NCBI GenBank assembly: GCA_963717935.1
Contig: CAVQXP010000004.1
Coordinates: forward strand, 32,001 to 96,000
Source: Candidatus Eiseniibacteriota bacterium
GTDB taxonomy: Bacteria > Eisenbacteria > RBG-16-71-46
DNA length: 64,000 bases
Reading direction: 5' to 3'
Shown here: piece by piece, positions 32,144 through 41,791 of the stretch
How positions within the stretch are numbered: the first letter of the stretch is position 1
How the letters are laid out: each line of letters opens with the position of its first letter
Notes under the pieces: generated by a model
The model's database searches: none
What the model saw: only the letters and a program-made list of their open reading frames with translations
Told to the model about the DNA's origin: nothing
Position numbers and translations under genes: made by a program

Positions 32144-32172
32144 AGAGTAGGTATCGGCCTGCCGGGTGTCAA
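32144..32172 (-). promoter_or_regulatory. sigma70 promoter of rho
   Basis: TTGACA-17 bp-TACTCT on the minus strand. Confidence 0.7.
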
Positions 32173-32358
32173 GGTTGAGCCGGGGGTCGAGTGGAGTCGC
32201 GGGGCCACCCTGGACCGGCCACTACCGTGCAGCCCGGGACGTGAGGCCTCGCGAAACGCGATGGAAGTCGTGCGTGCTTTCGCCCGCGCCTTCGCACCCA
32301 GCGCGGGAATCCCGCGCCAATCGAGGGTAAAGCGCTTCGCGCGCAGGCAGGCGGGGCG

Positions 32359-32373
32359 TGGCACACGGCTTGC
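32359..32373 (+). promoter_or_regulatory. sigma54 promoter with no downstream ORF
   Basis: TGGCACACGGCTTGC matches TGGCAC-N5-TTGC exactly. Confidence 0.7.
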
Positions 32374-32384
32374 CCTCATACGGA

Positions 32385-32497
32385 CGTGAGGGTGCGCTGG
32401 GTCGCGTCCCACCTCCGAGCCTGCCATCATCGCGCGGCCCGCCACCCCCCAATCAATCGAGACGCCCCGGGTCACGAGAGGACCCGGGGCGTCTTGT
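32385..32497 (+). ncRNA. Candidate sigma54-dependent sRNA (~110 nt)
   Basis: Lies between the sigma54 promoter and a 14-bp hairpin; C-rich tracts CCCACCTCC and CCACCCCCC. Confidence 0.5.
32460..32494. terminator. Perfect 14-bp hairpin, likely a bidirectional terminator
   Basis: AGACGCCCCGGGTC-ACGAGAG-GACCCGGGGCGTCT. Confidence 0.7.
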
Positions 32498-32542
32498 CGC
32501 TGATTGCCGGCGCGGTCCGGGCCCGCCGGGGCCCTCCCGGCC

Positions 32543-33211
32543 CTAGCGCACGCGGTGCGCCAGCGGGACGGTCACCTTCACGAGCGCGGGCTCCATCACG
32601 CACCAGTCGGGCAGCGACTGGGCCGCGACCTGCACCCGCAGCGTGTCGCGCCGGCCGCCGAGCCGCACGGGCTCGAGCACCACGCTGTCCAGGCGCGCCA
32701 CGGCCGAGCGCGGGCCGGTGACCAGCACGCTCTCGGGGTCCACCATGACGGCGGGGGTCCACGAGGTGTCGCTGCCGGCCGGCACTTCGATGCGGGGCGC
32801 CGCGGGCAGCCAGCGCCGCATCTTGGGCTCGATGCCGATGTCGATGACGCCGGGTCCGATCACGCGGGCCGCCTCGACGCCTTCGTAACCGGCCAGTGGC
32901 AGGTCCGCGGCGGACACCTCCCGCTCGAAACGGCCGGGGCCGATGCCGTCGAGGGAGATCTTGATGGGCGGCTCGGTGACGCGCATCCGCAGGAGTTGCT
33001 TGCCGGTCCCGCGCACCTGCGCCTGTACGGTGGAGGGCACCGGCCCCGAGAGCGAGAGCAGGTCCCCCAGGTCCTGGATCTGGACCGGGAACGACATCGT
33101 CATCTCGGCCGGGCGGTCGAGGTAGACGTTCAGGTAGACGAGCAGCGCCAGCAGCAGGGCAGCCAGCTTGAGTCCGAGGTTGTCGAACAGCAGCCCGCGC
33201 AGCAGGTTCAT
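32543..33211 (-). CDS. YbbR/CdaR-like membrane-anchored protein
   Basis: FDNLGLKLAALLLALLVY TM; VQVRG; VDPESVLVTGPRSAV YbbR-like repeats. Confidence 0.75.
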   Translation of the reverse strand: MNLLRGLLFDNLGLKLAALLLALLVYLNVYLDRPAEMTMSFPVQIQDLGDLLSLSGPVPSTVQAQVRGTGKQLLRMRVTEPPIKISLDGIGPGRFEREVSAADLPLAGYEGVEAARVIGPGVIDIGIEPKMRRWLPAAPRIEVPAGSDTSWTPAVMVDPESVLVTGPRSAVARLDSVVLEPVRLGGRRDTLRVQVAAQSLPDWCVMEPALVKVTVPLAHRVR

Positions 33212-34641
33212 GCCCGCTCCTCCCCCGCGCCCGCGGGCGCGTCGCCTTCGTCCTCGGCCGCCTCGTCCCCCTCGCCGGGCTTGCGCAGACCGTGGCGCTC
33301 CATGCGCGAGTATAGCGTGCGGCGCGTCAGTCCGAGCAGCCGCGCGGCCTGGCTCTTGTTGCCCCGCGCGCGCTCGAGCGCCTGGAGGATCAACTCCCGC
33401 TCCAGCACCTCGAGCGAGAGCCCCCCGGGCGGGATCTCGGGGATCCAACCGGGGGCCGCCGTCGCGCCGCGGGACACATCCTCGCCGGAGCCGACGAAGC
33501 CCAGGTGCTCGACATCGATGGGATCGCTCCCCGCCAGGATCATGGCCCGCTCGAGAGCGTACTCCAGCTCGCGCACGTTGCCCGGGAACGGGTGGCGCTC
33601 GAGTGCCTGCAGCGCCCGCGCCGTGAGCTTGTCTTCCGAGGCCCCGTGCCGGCGCAGGAAGAACTCCGCCAGCGCGCGCACGTCGCCGGACCGCTCGCGC
33701 AGCGGCGGGACGGTGATGGGGAACACGTTCAGCCGGAAGAACAGGTCCTCGCGGAACTGCCGCTCGCGCACCATGGCCTCCAGGTCGCGGTTCGTCGCCG
33801 CGAGGATCCGGACGTCCACGGTCAGGGGCTGATTGCCGCCCACGCGGGTGAAGGTCTTCTCCTCGATCACCTGCAGGAGCTTGACCTGGAGCAGCAGGGG
33901 CAGCTCGCCGATCTCGTCGAGGAAGAGCGTGCCCTTGGCGGCGTCCTCGAAGCGGCCGGGCTTCTGGCGCACCGCGCCGGTGAAGGCCCCGCGCTCGTGG
34001 CCGAACAGCTCGCTCTCGAGCAGGGCCTCGGGCAGCGCCCCGCAGTTCACCTTGACCCAGGGCCCGCCGGCGCGCCGGCTCGAGAAGTGGATGGCGCGTG
34101 CGAACAGGTCCTTGCCGGTGCCGCTCTCGCCGCGCAGCAGCACGGTGGAGTCCGTGGCTGCCACCTTGCGCGCCAGCTCGAGCGCGCGGGCGAGGGACGG
34201 CGCGGTGCCGACGACGGTGGTCAGGTCGCGGGTGAGCGAGTCCACCGTGTGCGTCAGCCGCTGGTTCTCCGAGGCGAGGTGACGCTCGCGGGCGGCCTTC
34301 TCGAGGATGGCCTTGAGCTCCTCGCGGAACTCGCCCTCCTTGTCCACGTAGTCGTAGGCGCCGAGCTTGAGCGCGCGGCGCGCCGTGTCCAGGCTGGCGT
34401 AGGCCGTCATCAGCACGACCGTGGTCGCCGGCCAGCGCTGCTTCACCTCGCCCAGCAGCGCGAGCCCGTCAGGCGGGGCCATGCGCAGATCGGTCACCAC
34501 GGCGTCGAACGCCGCCGCTTCGAGCCGGCGCAGGGCGGCCGCCCCGCCGTTCACGAACTCGGTCTCGTGGCCTGCGTCACGCAGCTCGAGCGCCGTGAGC
34601 TCGGCGTTGCGCACCTCGTCGTCCACCACCAGCACGCGCAC
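33208..34641 (-). CDS. NtrC-family sigma54-dependent response regulator
   Basis: REC (VVDDE, TDLRM), GESGTGK, ESELFGHERGAFTGA, FLDEIGE, GNVREL, Fis HTH. Confidence 0.95.
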   Translation of the reverse strand: MRVLVVDDEVRNAELTALELRDAGHETEFVNGGAAALRRLEAAAFDAVVTDLRMAPPDGLALLGEVKQRWPATTVVLMTAYASLDTARRALKLGAYDYVDKEGEFREELKAILEKAARERHLASENQRLTHTVDSLTRDLTTVVGTAPSLARALELARKVAATDSTVLLRGESGTGKDLFARAIHFSSRRAGGPWVKVNCGALPEALLESELFGHERGAFTGAVRQKPGRFEDAAKGTLFLDEIGELPLLLQVKLLQVIEEKTFTRVGGNQPLTVDVRILAATNRDLEAMVRERQFREDLFFRLNVFPITVPPLRERSGDVRALAEFFLRRHGASEDKLTARALQALERHPFPGNVRELEYALERAMILAGSDPIDVEHLGFVGSGEDVSRGATAAPGWIPEIPPGGLSLEVLERELILQALERARGNKSQAARLLGLTRRTLYSRMERHGLRKPGEGDEAAEDEGDAPAGAGEERA

Positions 34642-34642
34642 G

Positions 34643-35971
34643 CTACGTCCCTCCCTGCGATCGCTTCCTCGGGAAGCGCACCGTACACGTGGTGCCGCGC
34701 CCCACCTCGCTCTGGATCCTCAGCTCCCCGCCCGCCGACTCCGCCAGCCGCCGGGCCAGGAAGAGCCCGAGCCCCGAGCCGGTGGCCTTGGTCGTGAAGA
34801 ACGGGCGGCCCAGCCGCTTCAGCGTCCCGGCCGGGATCCCCGCGCCGTCGTCGGCGATGCCGACTTCGATGCGCCCCGCCCGCTCGGCCAGGCTGACCGC
34901 GAGGCGGCCACCCCGTGGCATGGCCTCGAGGGCGTTCAGGATGAGGTTCAAGTACAACTGCTTCAAGGACTCGTTGTCCAGCGCCACCGGCGCGGTCTCG
35001 AGCTGGCCGGCGCGCTCGAGCGCCACCTCGCGCGCACGCAACTCACCCTGGAGCAGCTCGAGCGTGGCCTCGAGCGCCGCGACCGCGTCCCCGACCTCGG
35101 CCGCGCCTTCCGGCTCCCCCACGCCGCTGCCCCGCGCGAACTCGAGGTAACGCGCCACGGTGCGCGAGAGCCGGTCGGTCTCCTCGACGACGAAATCGGC
35201 CATGCGCTGGGCCTCGGGCTCGAGCCGGCCGAGCCGCTGGGCCGAACCCCGGATGATGGCGAGCGGGTTCTTGATCTCGTGCGCCAGGGTCGCCGTCAGG
35301 CGCCCCATGGCCGCCAGGTTCTGCGCGCGCGACAGGCGCCGCTCGAGCCGCGCCGCCAGCCAGGCGCCGCGCACCACGATGGCGGCGAGCAGGAGCACCG
35401 CCAGCATGGTGGCCGCGGCGATCAGGAGCAGGGTGCGACCGAGCTGCGAGACCACCGGCAGGTAGGCCGGGGCCAGCTCCACCGCGACCGCCCCCAGCAC
35501 CCGGCCCGTCTCGTCGCGGACCGGAGCGATGCCCGCGCGCAGCAACGTGCCCTCGTGCCGGTACGGGGCCGAGACCGCGGCCTCGCCGCGCAGCGCGCGC
35601 CGGAGCGCCGGGCCCGCAAGCGTGTCGAGGACGCTGGGCAGTCCCTCCGTGAACTCGGACTCGCGTGCGTCCACGACAACCACGCCGGCCGAGTCCACCA
35701 GCGATGCGTCGGCCACCCCGGTCGAGGCACGCAGGGTCACGAGCTGCACCTGGAGCGAGAGGTAGGCGCTGCCTTCTTCGCGCAGGCGGGCCTCGGCCAG
35801 GTCCGCCGGGCCGACCTCGCGCGCGGCGGTCGCGGCGATGCGGCCGATGCGCTGCTCGAACTCGGACTCGAGCGCGCCGGCCACGCGGTGCCAGGTGACC
35901 CACGTCGAAATCGCGGTGGCCAGGACCACCACGAGGGCGAAGAGGGTGATGAAGACCAGGGTACGCTGCAC
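34643..35971 (-). CDS. Sensor histidine kinase (NtrB/ZraS-like)
   Basis: Two TMs; LAHEIKNPL; NLILNA, DDGAGI, FFTTK, GSGLGL. Confidence 0.93.
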   Translation of the reverse strand: MQRTLVFITLFALVVVLATAISTWVTWHRVAGALESEFEQRIGRIAATAAREVGPADLAEARLREEGSAYLSLQVQLVTLRASTGVADASLVDSAGVVVVDARESEFTEGLPSVLDTLAGPALRRALRGEAAVSAPYRHEGTLLRAGIAPVRDETGRVLGAVAVELAPAYLPVVSQLGRTLLLIAAATMLAVLLLAAIVVRGAWLAARLERRLSRAQNLAAMGRLTATLAHEIKNPLAIIRGSAQRLGRLEPEAQRMADFVVEETDRLSRTVARYLEFARGSGVGEPEGAAEVGDAVAALEATLELLQGELRAREVALERAGQLETAPVALDNESLKQLYLNLILNALEAMPRGGRLAVSLAERAGRIEVGIADDGAGIPAGTLKRLGRPFFTTKATGSGLGLFLARRLAESAGGELRIQSEVGRGTTCTVRFPRKRSQGGT

Positions 35972-36056
35972 GGGCTCCCTCCCGGCGGCGGGTTACGGGC
36001 CCGGGCGGGCCCGCGACGCGCCCCGCCCGGACGGGACGCGAATCGTCCACCAGCGC

Positions 36057-36084
36057 AATCTAGCAGGGCCGCAGGGGCTGTCAA
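36057..36084 (-). promoter_or_regulatory. Likely sigma70 promoter of the HK-RR-ybbR operon
   Basis: TTGACA-16-TAGATT on the minus strand. Confidence 0.5.
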
Positions 36085-36230
36085 CGCGCCGACCACCCCC
36101 GTGGGCGGGAGTGGTCGGCGATCGCCCCGGTCGGCCGGTGGCGGGAGCCACCCGTACAGGCTCTTCAGGCCGCCCCGGCTCGAGGACCGGGCGGCCCCGC
36201 GCCTCGATTCGGGCTGGCGCCCTGCAGACC

Positions 36231-36635
36231 TCAGCCGGCGAGCTTCTGCTGGACGCGCAGGAGGCGGGCGCGTGCCTCCTCGCCGACGGACTTGAGCGCG
36301 TCGTTCCCCACGAAGCCCATGGCGGCCGCGGGGTCCATGAAGGTCACCACGGAGCCGCCTTCGTCCTCGTAGACCGCCACGTTGCAGGGCAGCAGGAGGC
36401 CGATGTTCAGCTCGGCCTGGAAGGCCCGGTGCGCGAGCGGCGGGTTGCAGGCGCCGAGGATGACGTAGCGCCGGAAGTCCACGCCCAGCTTCTCCTTGAG
36501 CGTCTGCTGCACGTCGATGCGCGTGAGGACGCCGAAGCCCTCCTCTTTCAGCAGCTCGGTCGTGCGCTGCACGGCCGATTCGTAGGGCAGCGTGACCTTC
36601 ACGCCGAAACCGTATGGGGTCGTGATGGCCGACAT
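36231..36635 (-). CDS. DUF302 family protein
   Basis: LKEEGFGVLTRID..YVILGACNPPLAHRA..IGLLLPCNVAV. Confidence 0.9.
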   Translation of the reverse strand: MSAITTPYGFGVKVTLPYESAVQRTTELLKEEGFGVLTRIDVQQTLKEKLGVDFRRYVILGACNPPLAHRAFQAELNIGLLLPCNVAVYEDEGGSVVTFMDPAAAMGFVGNDALKSVGEEARARLLRVQQKLAG

Positions 36636-36734
36636 GATCGTCCCTCCTCGCGTGGGTGGATGCCCTCGTGCGGTTTCCCGGGCGTCGTCAGCCGGTGGGA
36701 GACACGAACCTGCGCCCGGGATCCGCGCCCCTGG

Positions 36735-38165
36735 CTACCGGGAGGCGGGCTTCGTCTCCTGTCTCAGCAGGTGGATGGCCATGTGGTCGGCATCCTCGGC
36801 CGCCTCGCCGATCGTCTCCGCCACCGTCGGATGCGCGTGGATGGCGTGCGCCAGGTGGCGCAGATCGAGGTCGGCGCCGAGGGCGAGCGAGCACTCGTGG
36901 ATGATCTCGCTGGCCTTCGCCCCGATGATGTGCGCCCCCAGCAGCTGGTCGGTCGCGGCGTCGCCGATGAGCTTCACGAAGCCCGTGGTCTCGAGGTCGG
37001 CGATGTTGCGGCCGTGTGCGCGCAGCGGGAAGCGGCCGATCTTGAGCGCGTGCCCCCGCGCCTTCGCCTCGCGTTCGGTGAGACCGACGCTGGCGATCTC
37101 GGGGTTCGTGAACGTGGCGGCGGGCACCGCGCGCCAGTCGGTCTGGGCCGGGAGCCCGGCGATGATCTCGGCGGCCGCCTTGCCCTGCGCCGAGGCGAAG
37201 TGCGCCAGCTGCTTCAGGTCGGTGACGTCGCCGATCGCGTAGACGTTCGGCGCCGAGGTCTGCAGCCGGTCGTTCACCTGCACGCGGCCGCGCTCGCCCA
37301 GTGCCACGCCGGCCGGCCCGGCACCCAGCCCCCCGGTGTACGGCTTGCGCCCGGTCGCGAGCAGCACCGTGTCCACCTCGACCGTCTTCCCGCCGGTGAG
37401 CGTGAGCACGATCGATCCATCGGGACCCTCCCTGCGGTCCTCGATCTTCGTCCCGAGGAAGACGGCGATCTTCTGCTTCTTCAGCTCGCGCTCGAGCGCC
37501 AGCGAGATCTCGTCGTCCTCGGCGACGACCAGGCGCGGCAGCATCTCGATCACCGTGACCCTGGTGCCGAGCGCGGCGAAGAAACTGGCGAACTCGCAGC
37601 CGATGACCCCGCCGCCCAGCACCGCCATGCGCTTCGGCTGTTCGGGCAGGGCCAGAGCCTCGCGGCTCGTGATGACCCGCGTGCCGTCGAGCGCGAAGTC
37701 CGGCGGGAGCCACGAGTCGGCCCCGGTGGCGAGCAGGACGTGCATCGCGGCCAGTTCGACGGTGGCGCCGTCCTGCTGGAGCACCGCCACGCGCCCGGGC
37801 GAGGCGAGCCGCGCCGTGCCGCGCACGATCTCGACCCCGCGGCCCTGGAGCAGGGTCTTCACGCCGCCCGTGAGCTGCTTCACCACCTTGTCCTTGCGCG
37901 CGAGCATCCAGTCCCAGCGCACCGTGGGCGCTGCGACCTCGATGCCGAAGTCCTTCGCGTGGCGGATCTGCTCGAGCAGGTGCGCGGAGACGATCCACGC
38001 CTTGGTGGGGATGCAGCCCCAGTTCAGGCAGGTGCCGCCGAGCTCGTCCTTCTCCACCACTGCGCTGCGCAGGCCCAGCTGGGCGGCGCGGATGGCCGCC
38101 ACGTAGCCACCCGGGCCGGTGCCGATGACGACGAGGTCGAAGGGACGGGAGTCGGGCACGGGCAT
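36735..38165 (-). CDS. lpdA: Dihydrolipoyl dehydrogenase
   Basis: GTGPGGYVAA, GGTCLNWGCIPTK, GGGVIGCE, HAHPTVAE. Confidence 0.95.
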   Translation of the reverse strand: MPVPDSRPFDLVVIGTGPGGYVAAIRAAQLGLRSAVVEKDELGGTCLNWGCIPTKAWIVSAHLLEQIRHAKDFGIEVAAPTVRWDWMLARKDKVVKQLTGGVKTLLQGRGVEIVRGTARLASPGRVAVLQQDGATVELAAMHVLLATGADSWLPPDFALDGTRVITSREALALPEQPKRMAVLGGGVIGCEFASFFAALGTRVTVIEMLPRLVVAEDDEISLALERELKKQKIAVFLGTKIEDRREGPDGSIVLTLTGGKTVEVDTVLLATGRKPYTGGLGAGPAGVALGERGRVQVNDRLQTSAPNVYAIGDVTDLKQLAHFASAQGKAAAEIIAGLPAQTDWRAVPAATFTNPEIASVGLTEREAKARGHALKIGRFPLRAHGRNIADLETTGFVKLIGDAATDQLLGAHIIGAKASEIIHECSLALGADLDLRHLAHAIHAHPTVAETIGEAAEDADHMAIHLLRQETKPASR

Positions 38166-38199
38166 CCTCTTGCGTGTGAAGGTGGCGTACGACCCTGGA

Positions 38200-38976
38200 C
38201 TACTTCCCCGGCCCGCCCGGTGGCGGCATCCCGCCCGGATCCAGGGGCGGCGCCTTCTTGCCGGTCTTCTCGAGGATCTGCTGCATGTGCTGCACGATCT
38301 GCCGCTTCATCTCCGCCGACGGGCTGGCCTCCAGCGACCGGTGGAAGTACTTCAGTGCCGTCTCGTTCTCGTCCAGGCGCTCGTTCACGACACCCAGGTT
38401 GAAGAGCGCGACGGGCTGGCGGGGTTCACGGGTCAGCGCCAGCTGGAACAACTCCTCCGCGCGCGCCGTGTCCCCCTGGTTGTAGTAGCACACGCCCATG
38501 TCCACGATCGCCATGACGCGGGTCGAGTCGCAGGCGATGGCGCGCGCGTAGTACGTCGCGGCCTCGGCCCAGTTGGCGGTGTCGTAGAGGACATTGGCGT
38601 ACTCGATGGTCGCCTCCACGTTCGTCGAGTCCCGCAGGATCACGGTGCGCAGGCTGTCGATCAGCCGCTGCTGGTCCACCGAGGCGCCCTCGACGGGCAC
38701 CGCGTTGTTCTTCCTGGATCCATCGACGGCCTGCCAGACCAGGAGCGCGGCGGCCACGACGCCGAAGAACATCCAGAGGGAGAGCGTGTTCGCGTTGGCG
38801 ACAGGTCCCGGCCGCGGACGGCGCACCGGGCGGCGGATGATGATCTCGGGTTCGGCTGCACCGGGGAGCCCGGGGCCGGGAGCCGTCTCCTGGAGCGGGT
38901 AGTTGCAGTGGCTGCAGCTCGTGCTGCCGGCCGGATTCTCGCGCCCACAACCGGGGCAGCGGACAACGTCGGACAT
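38200..38976 (-). CDS. Zinc-ribbon plus TM plus TPR protein
   Basis: CPGCG...CSHC, one TM, about 3 TPR motifs. Confidence 0.8.
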   Translation of the reverse strand: MSDVVRCPGCGRENPAGSTSCSHCNYPLQETAPGPGLPGAAEPEIIIRRPVRRPRPGPVANANTLSLWMFFGVVAAALLVWQAVDGSRKNNAVPVEGASVDQQRLIDSLRTVILRDSTNVEATIEYANVLYDTANWAEAATYYARAIACDSTRVMAIVDMGVCYYNQGDTARAEELFQLALTREPRQPVALFNLGVVNERLDENETALKYFHRSLEASPSAEMKRQIVQHMQQILEKTGKKAPPLDPGGMPPPGGPGK

Positions 38977-39109
38977 GGCTTCCTCGAGGTTGGCGCGCGG
39001 CCGGGCACCATCGGACGAGCCGATGGCTCAGGACGCCCGGACTATAGGCACGCCGGGAAGAACCCGGCAAGCGAAACGGGGCCGGGGCGCACCCGTGGCC
39101 TGCGACCGC

Positions 39110-41425
39110 TCAGGGCGCGTCTCCCAGCGCCCGCCGCAGAGCGTTCCGAAACTGCTCCAGGCTGTAGGGCTTCCGGATGAATCCGGCCAGCCGGTCCTTC
39201 GCGACGCGCCGGGTGGCCTCCGCCTCGTCGTAGCCGCTGGACAGGATGACCTTCATGCCGGGCTCGATGCACAGGATCCGCTCGAGCGCTGCCGCACCGT
39301 CCAGGCAGGGCATGGTCAGGTCCAGGATGATCGCGCGGATCCCGGCGCCGTGCCGCCGTACCATCTCCACGGCCTGCTCGCCATCCCCTGCCGTGAGCAC
39401 CGTGAAACCCATGGATTCCGCCATGGCCACACAGGCGTTCCGGACGACGTCCTCGTCGTCCACGACGAGGATGACCCCGCTCCCTGCGGGCGGCGGCGCC
39501 ACCTCGGCCGTGCCGGAGGGCGCCCCCTCCACCGGGGCCGCCGCTCCCGGCGCCACCTCGACCGCGGGGAACAGCACCCGGATCGTGGCCCCCGCCCCCG
39601 CGGCACTGTCGAGCAGGATCGCGCCGCGGTGGCCCCGCACGATCCCGAGCACTGCCGACATGCCGAGCCCGCGGCCCGTGAACTTCGTGGTGAAGAACGG
39701 CTCGAACATGCGCTTCTGCGTCTGCTCGTCCATCCCGCAACCAGTGTCCGCCACCTCGAAGTAGGCGTAGCGCCCTGCAGGCGGCGTCACTTCGAGACGG
39801 CTCCGGCCCAGGTAGGAGACGTCGCAGTCCTGGACACCGGTGGAGAGCGTGATCGTGCCCGGCTCGCCCCCGATGGCCTCGGACGCGTTGGTGATGAGGT
39901 TCATGATCACCTGCTGGATCTGCCCGGCGTCGGCTTCGACGGCAGGCAGGGCACGGGCCAGGCGGAGTTTCAGCGTCGTGGTCCTGGGGACGGACGTGCG
40001 CAGGAGGTCGATGTTCCCCTCCAGCAGCTCGTTCAGGTCCAGGCGCCCGACCACGAACTTGCCCCGGCCGGAATAGGCCAGCATCTGGCGCGTCAGGTCG
40101 GCCGCGCGCCGGGCGGCGTTGCTGGCAGCCTCGAGCCGGGGCCGTGCGGAGCCCGGGGAGAGATCTCGGAGGGCCAGATCGAGGTTCCCCAGCATGGCCA
40201 TGAGCAGGTTGTTGAAGTCGTGTGCGATGCCCCCCGCCAGCACTCCGAGGCTCTCCAGCTTCTGCGCATGAAGCAGCCGCCGCTCCATCTCCAGCCGCTC
40301 CTCCCCGACCCGCCGGCGCTCGGTCACGTCGCGCACGATCGCCTGCAGATAGACCCGCCCCTGCCACTCCACCCGGGCCAGTGAGACCTCGGCGTCAAAG
40401 GGCGTACCGTCCCTGCGGTGGTGGAGCCACTCGAACGACTGTGGCTCGCCCGCCAGCGCCGCGCGCATCCAAGCCTCGGCCAGGGGCACCGACGGGGCGC
40501 CGTCCCGTTGCTCGGACGGAGAGAAGTCCGCGGGGTGGTGACCCAGGATCTCCTCCCGGGTGCAGCCGAAGACCTCGAGGGTGCGCGCGTTGCAGTCCAC
40601 GAACCGCCTCCCCTCCACGAGGAAGATGGCGTCGCTCGCGCCCTCGAACAGCGTCCGGAGCCGGCCCTCGCTCTCCCGCAGTGCCTCCTCCGCCTGTTTG
40701 CGCTCGGTGAGGTCGGTGGTCATCTCGTAGCGGACGATACGGCCGTCCGGCCAGGTGATCGCCCGGTCCACGCACCGGTACCAGCGCCCGTTGGATTCGT
40801 TCTGGAACTCCCATACGAACGTCCTGCCCAGGTTCGCTCCGAGGATCCTGTCGTTCGTGCAGAACGGGCACGGCGCGCTGCGATGCTGCAGGTACTCGTA
40901 GCACTTCCGCTGCTCCGGAGCGCCGAAGGCCTGCTCGAGGGCGCGGTTGACGTAGAGCACTTCGTAGGTCTCGGGGTCCGCGACGTAGACGGGGTCGGCA
41001 TTGGCATCCAGAATCGACAGCAACCGCAGGTGGTTCGCCTTCGCCTCCGCCTCCGCCCGCTTGCGCTCGGTGATGTCGCGCCCAACGCCCAGCAGGTGAC
41101 CGTCGGGCAGAATCCGCGTGGTGAGCTCCACCGGGAGCAGGCGCCCGTCCTTGCAGCGCAGTTGGCGCTCCGCGACCACCCTCGTCCCGGCGCGATGACC
41201 GGCAGCACGCAGGGAATCCGTCCGCGGGTCCTCGGGGCCCGTGAAATCCTGGAACGGCCGGCCCAGGATCTCTTCGGCGGCAAAGCCCAGGATGTCGGAC
41301 AACTGCGCGTTGACGGCGACCATCCGGCCCTGGGGATCGGCGACGAACATGGCCTCTGCGGCCTGCTGGAAGAACAGGACGTAGAACTCCGCGGGCAGGC
41401 TCGGGGCCGTGGATTCAGGGTCCAT
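39110..41425 (-). CDS. Cytoplasmic multi-PAS hybrid histidine kinase with C-terminal REC domain
   Basis: Three PAS/PAC units (DITERK), AGGIAHDFNNLL, FFTTKFTGRGLG, ILVVDDE..LDLTMP; ATG at 41425. Confidence 0.92.
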   Translation of the reverse strand: MDPESTAPSLPAEFYVLFFQQAAEAMFVADPQGRMVAVNAQLSDILGFAAEEILGRPFQDFTGPEDPRTDSLRAAGHRAGTRVVAERQLRCKDGRLLPVELTTRILPDGHLLGVGRDITERKRAEAEAKANHLRLLSILDANADPVYVADPETYEVLYVNRALEQAFGAPEQRKCYEYLQHRSAPCPFCTNDRILGANLGRTFVWEFQNESNGRWYRCVDRAITWPDGRIVRYEMTTDLTERKQAEEALRESEGRLRTLFEGASDAIFLVEGRRFVDCNARTLEVFGCTREEILGHHPADFSPSEQRDGAPSVPLAEAWMRAALAGEPQSFEWLHHRRDGTPFDAEVSLARVEWQGRVYLQAIVRDVTERRRVGEERLEMERRLLHAQKLESLGVLAGGIAHDFNNLLMAMLGNLDLALRDLSPGSARPRLEAASNAARRAADLTRQMLAYSGRGKFVVGRLDLNELLEGNIDLLRTSVPRTTTLKLRLARALPAVEADAGQIQQVIMNLITNASEAIGGEPGTITLSTGVQDCDVSYLGRSRLEVTPPAGRYAYFEVADTGCGMDEQTQKRMFEPFFTTKFTGRGLGMSAVLGIVRGHRGAILLDSAAGAGATIRVLFPAVEVAPGAAAPVEGAPSGTAEVAPPPAGSGVILVVDDEDVVRNACVAMAESMGFTVLTAGDGEQAVEMVRRHGAGIRAIILDLTMPCLDGAAALERILCIEPGMKVILSSGYDEAEATRRVAKDRLAGFIRKPYSLEQFRNALRRALGDAP

Positions 41426-41791
41426 CAGCGGTCTCCCTCGGAATCGTCGGAGGCGTTCGCCTCGCGCTCCCCCGGGAGAGCGATGTCGGCCTGCACCGGC
41501 ACCCACCGCGGGGAACACGGGGAGGAATGCCGGGGCTTGTCGGACCGGGCGGTGCCCTGTCCCCGGCGGGGCAGGGAGCGGGGTGAAGTGTCCTCCTTCC
41601 GAGGACCACGTCAATATACGTTCCGTGCGCGGAACACGGCAATCACGCTTCCGGTCCGTGGTCCGGGTTCGCCCGCGCGCCGGCTCCGCCGGGCGCATCC
41701 GCCGGATGGCCAGACCGCAGCCGGGCGGGTGCCCGGGCGGCCGCCCGGTGTCCGTTGCCGAACTCCGCCGCGACGGCTAGCATCGGGCCCC

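Noticed and set aside
32180..32460. RNase P RNA, tmRNA, SRP or 6S RNA in the rho upstream region
   Set aside because: Signature motifs (GAGGAAAGUCC, GGAAGCAGC, tRNA-like ends) are absent on both strands. Some long-range pairing exists (32296-32304 with 32394-32402), but the internal sigma54 site favours an enhancer plus short sRNA.
40418..41791. N-terminal ~460 aa of the 1222-aa ORF as part of the nucleotidase
   Set aside because: It is antisense to the PAS kinase; the signal peptide and promoter place the true start at 41792.
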